A stretch of 64,000 bases of DNA from Trichormus sp. ATA11-4-KO1 (GTDB lineage: Bacteria > Cyanobacteriota > Cyanobacteriia > Cyanobacteriales > Nostocaceae): NCBI GenBank assembly GCA_019358915.1, contig JAHHIM010000002.1, positions 32,001 to 96,000 on the forward strand, written 5' to 3'. Below are positions 63,564 through 64,000 of this stretch, in pieces. The notes beneath the pieces were generated by a model. The model was not told the origin of the DNA, searched no databases, and was given only the letters and a program-made list of their open reading frames with translations. Numbering within the stretch: the stretch's first letter is position 1; each line of letters opens with the position of its first letter. The position numbers and the translations under genes were made by a program.

Positions 63564-64000
63564 ATGGATTTAAAAACACAAATTCAATTGCTGATTGATC
63601 ATGCACCCCGCGATGGCATAACACCACATCTTGTTTCAGCAATTGCTCCTGCTTTGATCGCGATCGCTAAGAAATTACGCCATTCCCAGTACTATGTTCT
63701 CCAAAATTCGGAGGAGAGTTGGGTTTTAACTACATTGAGCAATCGGGCAAATCCAGGACTGGAAAAGCGCGTCATCTACGCTTTTCCTACCATACAGGAT
63801 GTCTCCCTAATTTCACCTGCTGGGCTTGACCCTCAAATGCTAGCTAAAATTGTTCCTGTTACCCACATTTTGTTCCAACTGGTGGCATTAGAACCCGTAG
63901 ATAGTATCGTTTTTTTGGAGACGCCGGGTCAGACCACTCATACTTTTGAAGTGCAGCGATCGCAATTGCAAAATCTCTTGCAACAACAGATCAAACAACA
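63564..64000 (+). CDS. Conserved cyanobacterial hypothetical protein, 3'-truncated
   Basis: Open frame MDLKTQIQLLIDHAPRDG…WVLTTLSNR…VIYAF to the window end. Confidence 0.75.
   Translation, partial: MDLKTQIQLLIDHAPRDGITPHLVSAIAPALIAIAKKLRHSQYYVLQNSEESWVLTTLSNRANPGLEKRVIYAFPTIQDVSLISPAGLDPQMLAKIVPVTHILFQLVALEPVDSIVFLETPGQTTHTFEVQRSQLQNLLQQQIKQ
63818..63834 (-). promoter_or_regulatory. HetR recognition site upstream of hetZ
   Basis: Minus strand GAGGGTCAAGCCCAGCA (GGG-N5-CCC), ~460 nt upstream of hetZ; resembles the recalled hetZ HetR site. Confidence 0.7.

Overview
Chromosomal window from a heterocyst-forming cyanobacterium (Nostocales), judged from frequent HIP1 octamers (GCGATCGC), heptamer STRR repeats, SDR-type mini-repeats, and hetI, hepN, hetZ, patU and psaFJL. 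Most of it is core genome: argF-lexA, znuACB/smtB/porin, NFACT, spsB, rbpG, prfC, hemB, pdhB-secDF, tsaC-prmC-tic22, tsaD, psaFJL, gmk-remA, tgpA, patU-hetZ and three tRNAs (Thr-TGT, Phe-GAA, Pro-TGG). The most interesting block follows lexA: a DEAH SF2 helicase, an unannotated 57-aa protein and a CxC/DndD-like SMC-type ABC ATPase. It has no dndBCDE, methylase or recognisable nuclease, and is followed by a TetR/SRPBCC/DUF2892/AlkD islet ending at tRNA-Phe. A second block at 26.4-33.5 kb holds an orphan apcA-like gene, hli, a Lys-rich microprotein, a methyltransferase, a divergent B12 radical SAM gene and an unannotated RHH-like microprotein. Also visible are an NsrR1-like sRNA, candidate LexA, HetR, RpaB and TetR sites, and two apparent pseudo-enzymes. 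All family calls come from motif recognition by eye and from memory; no searches were run.
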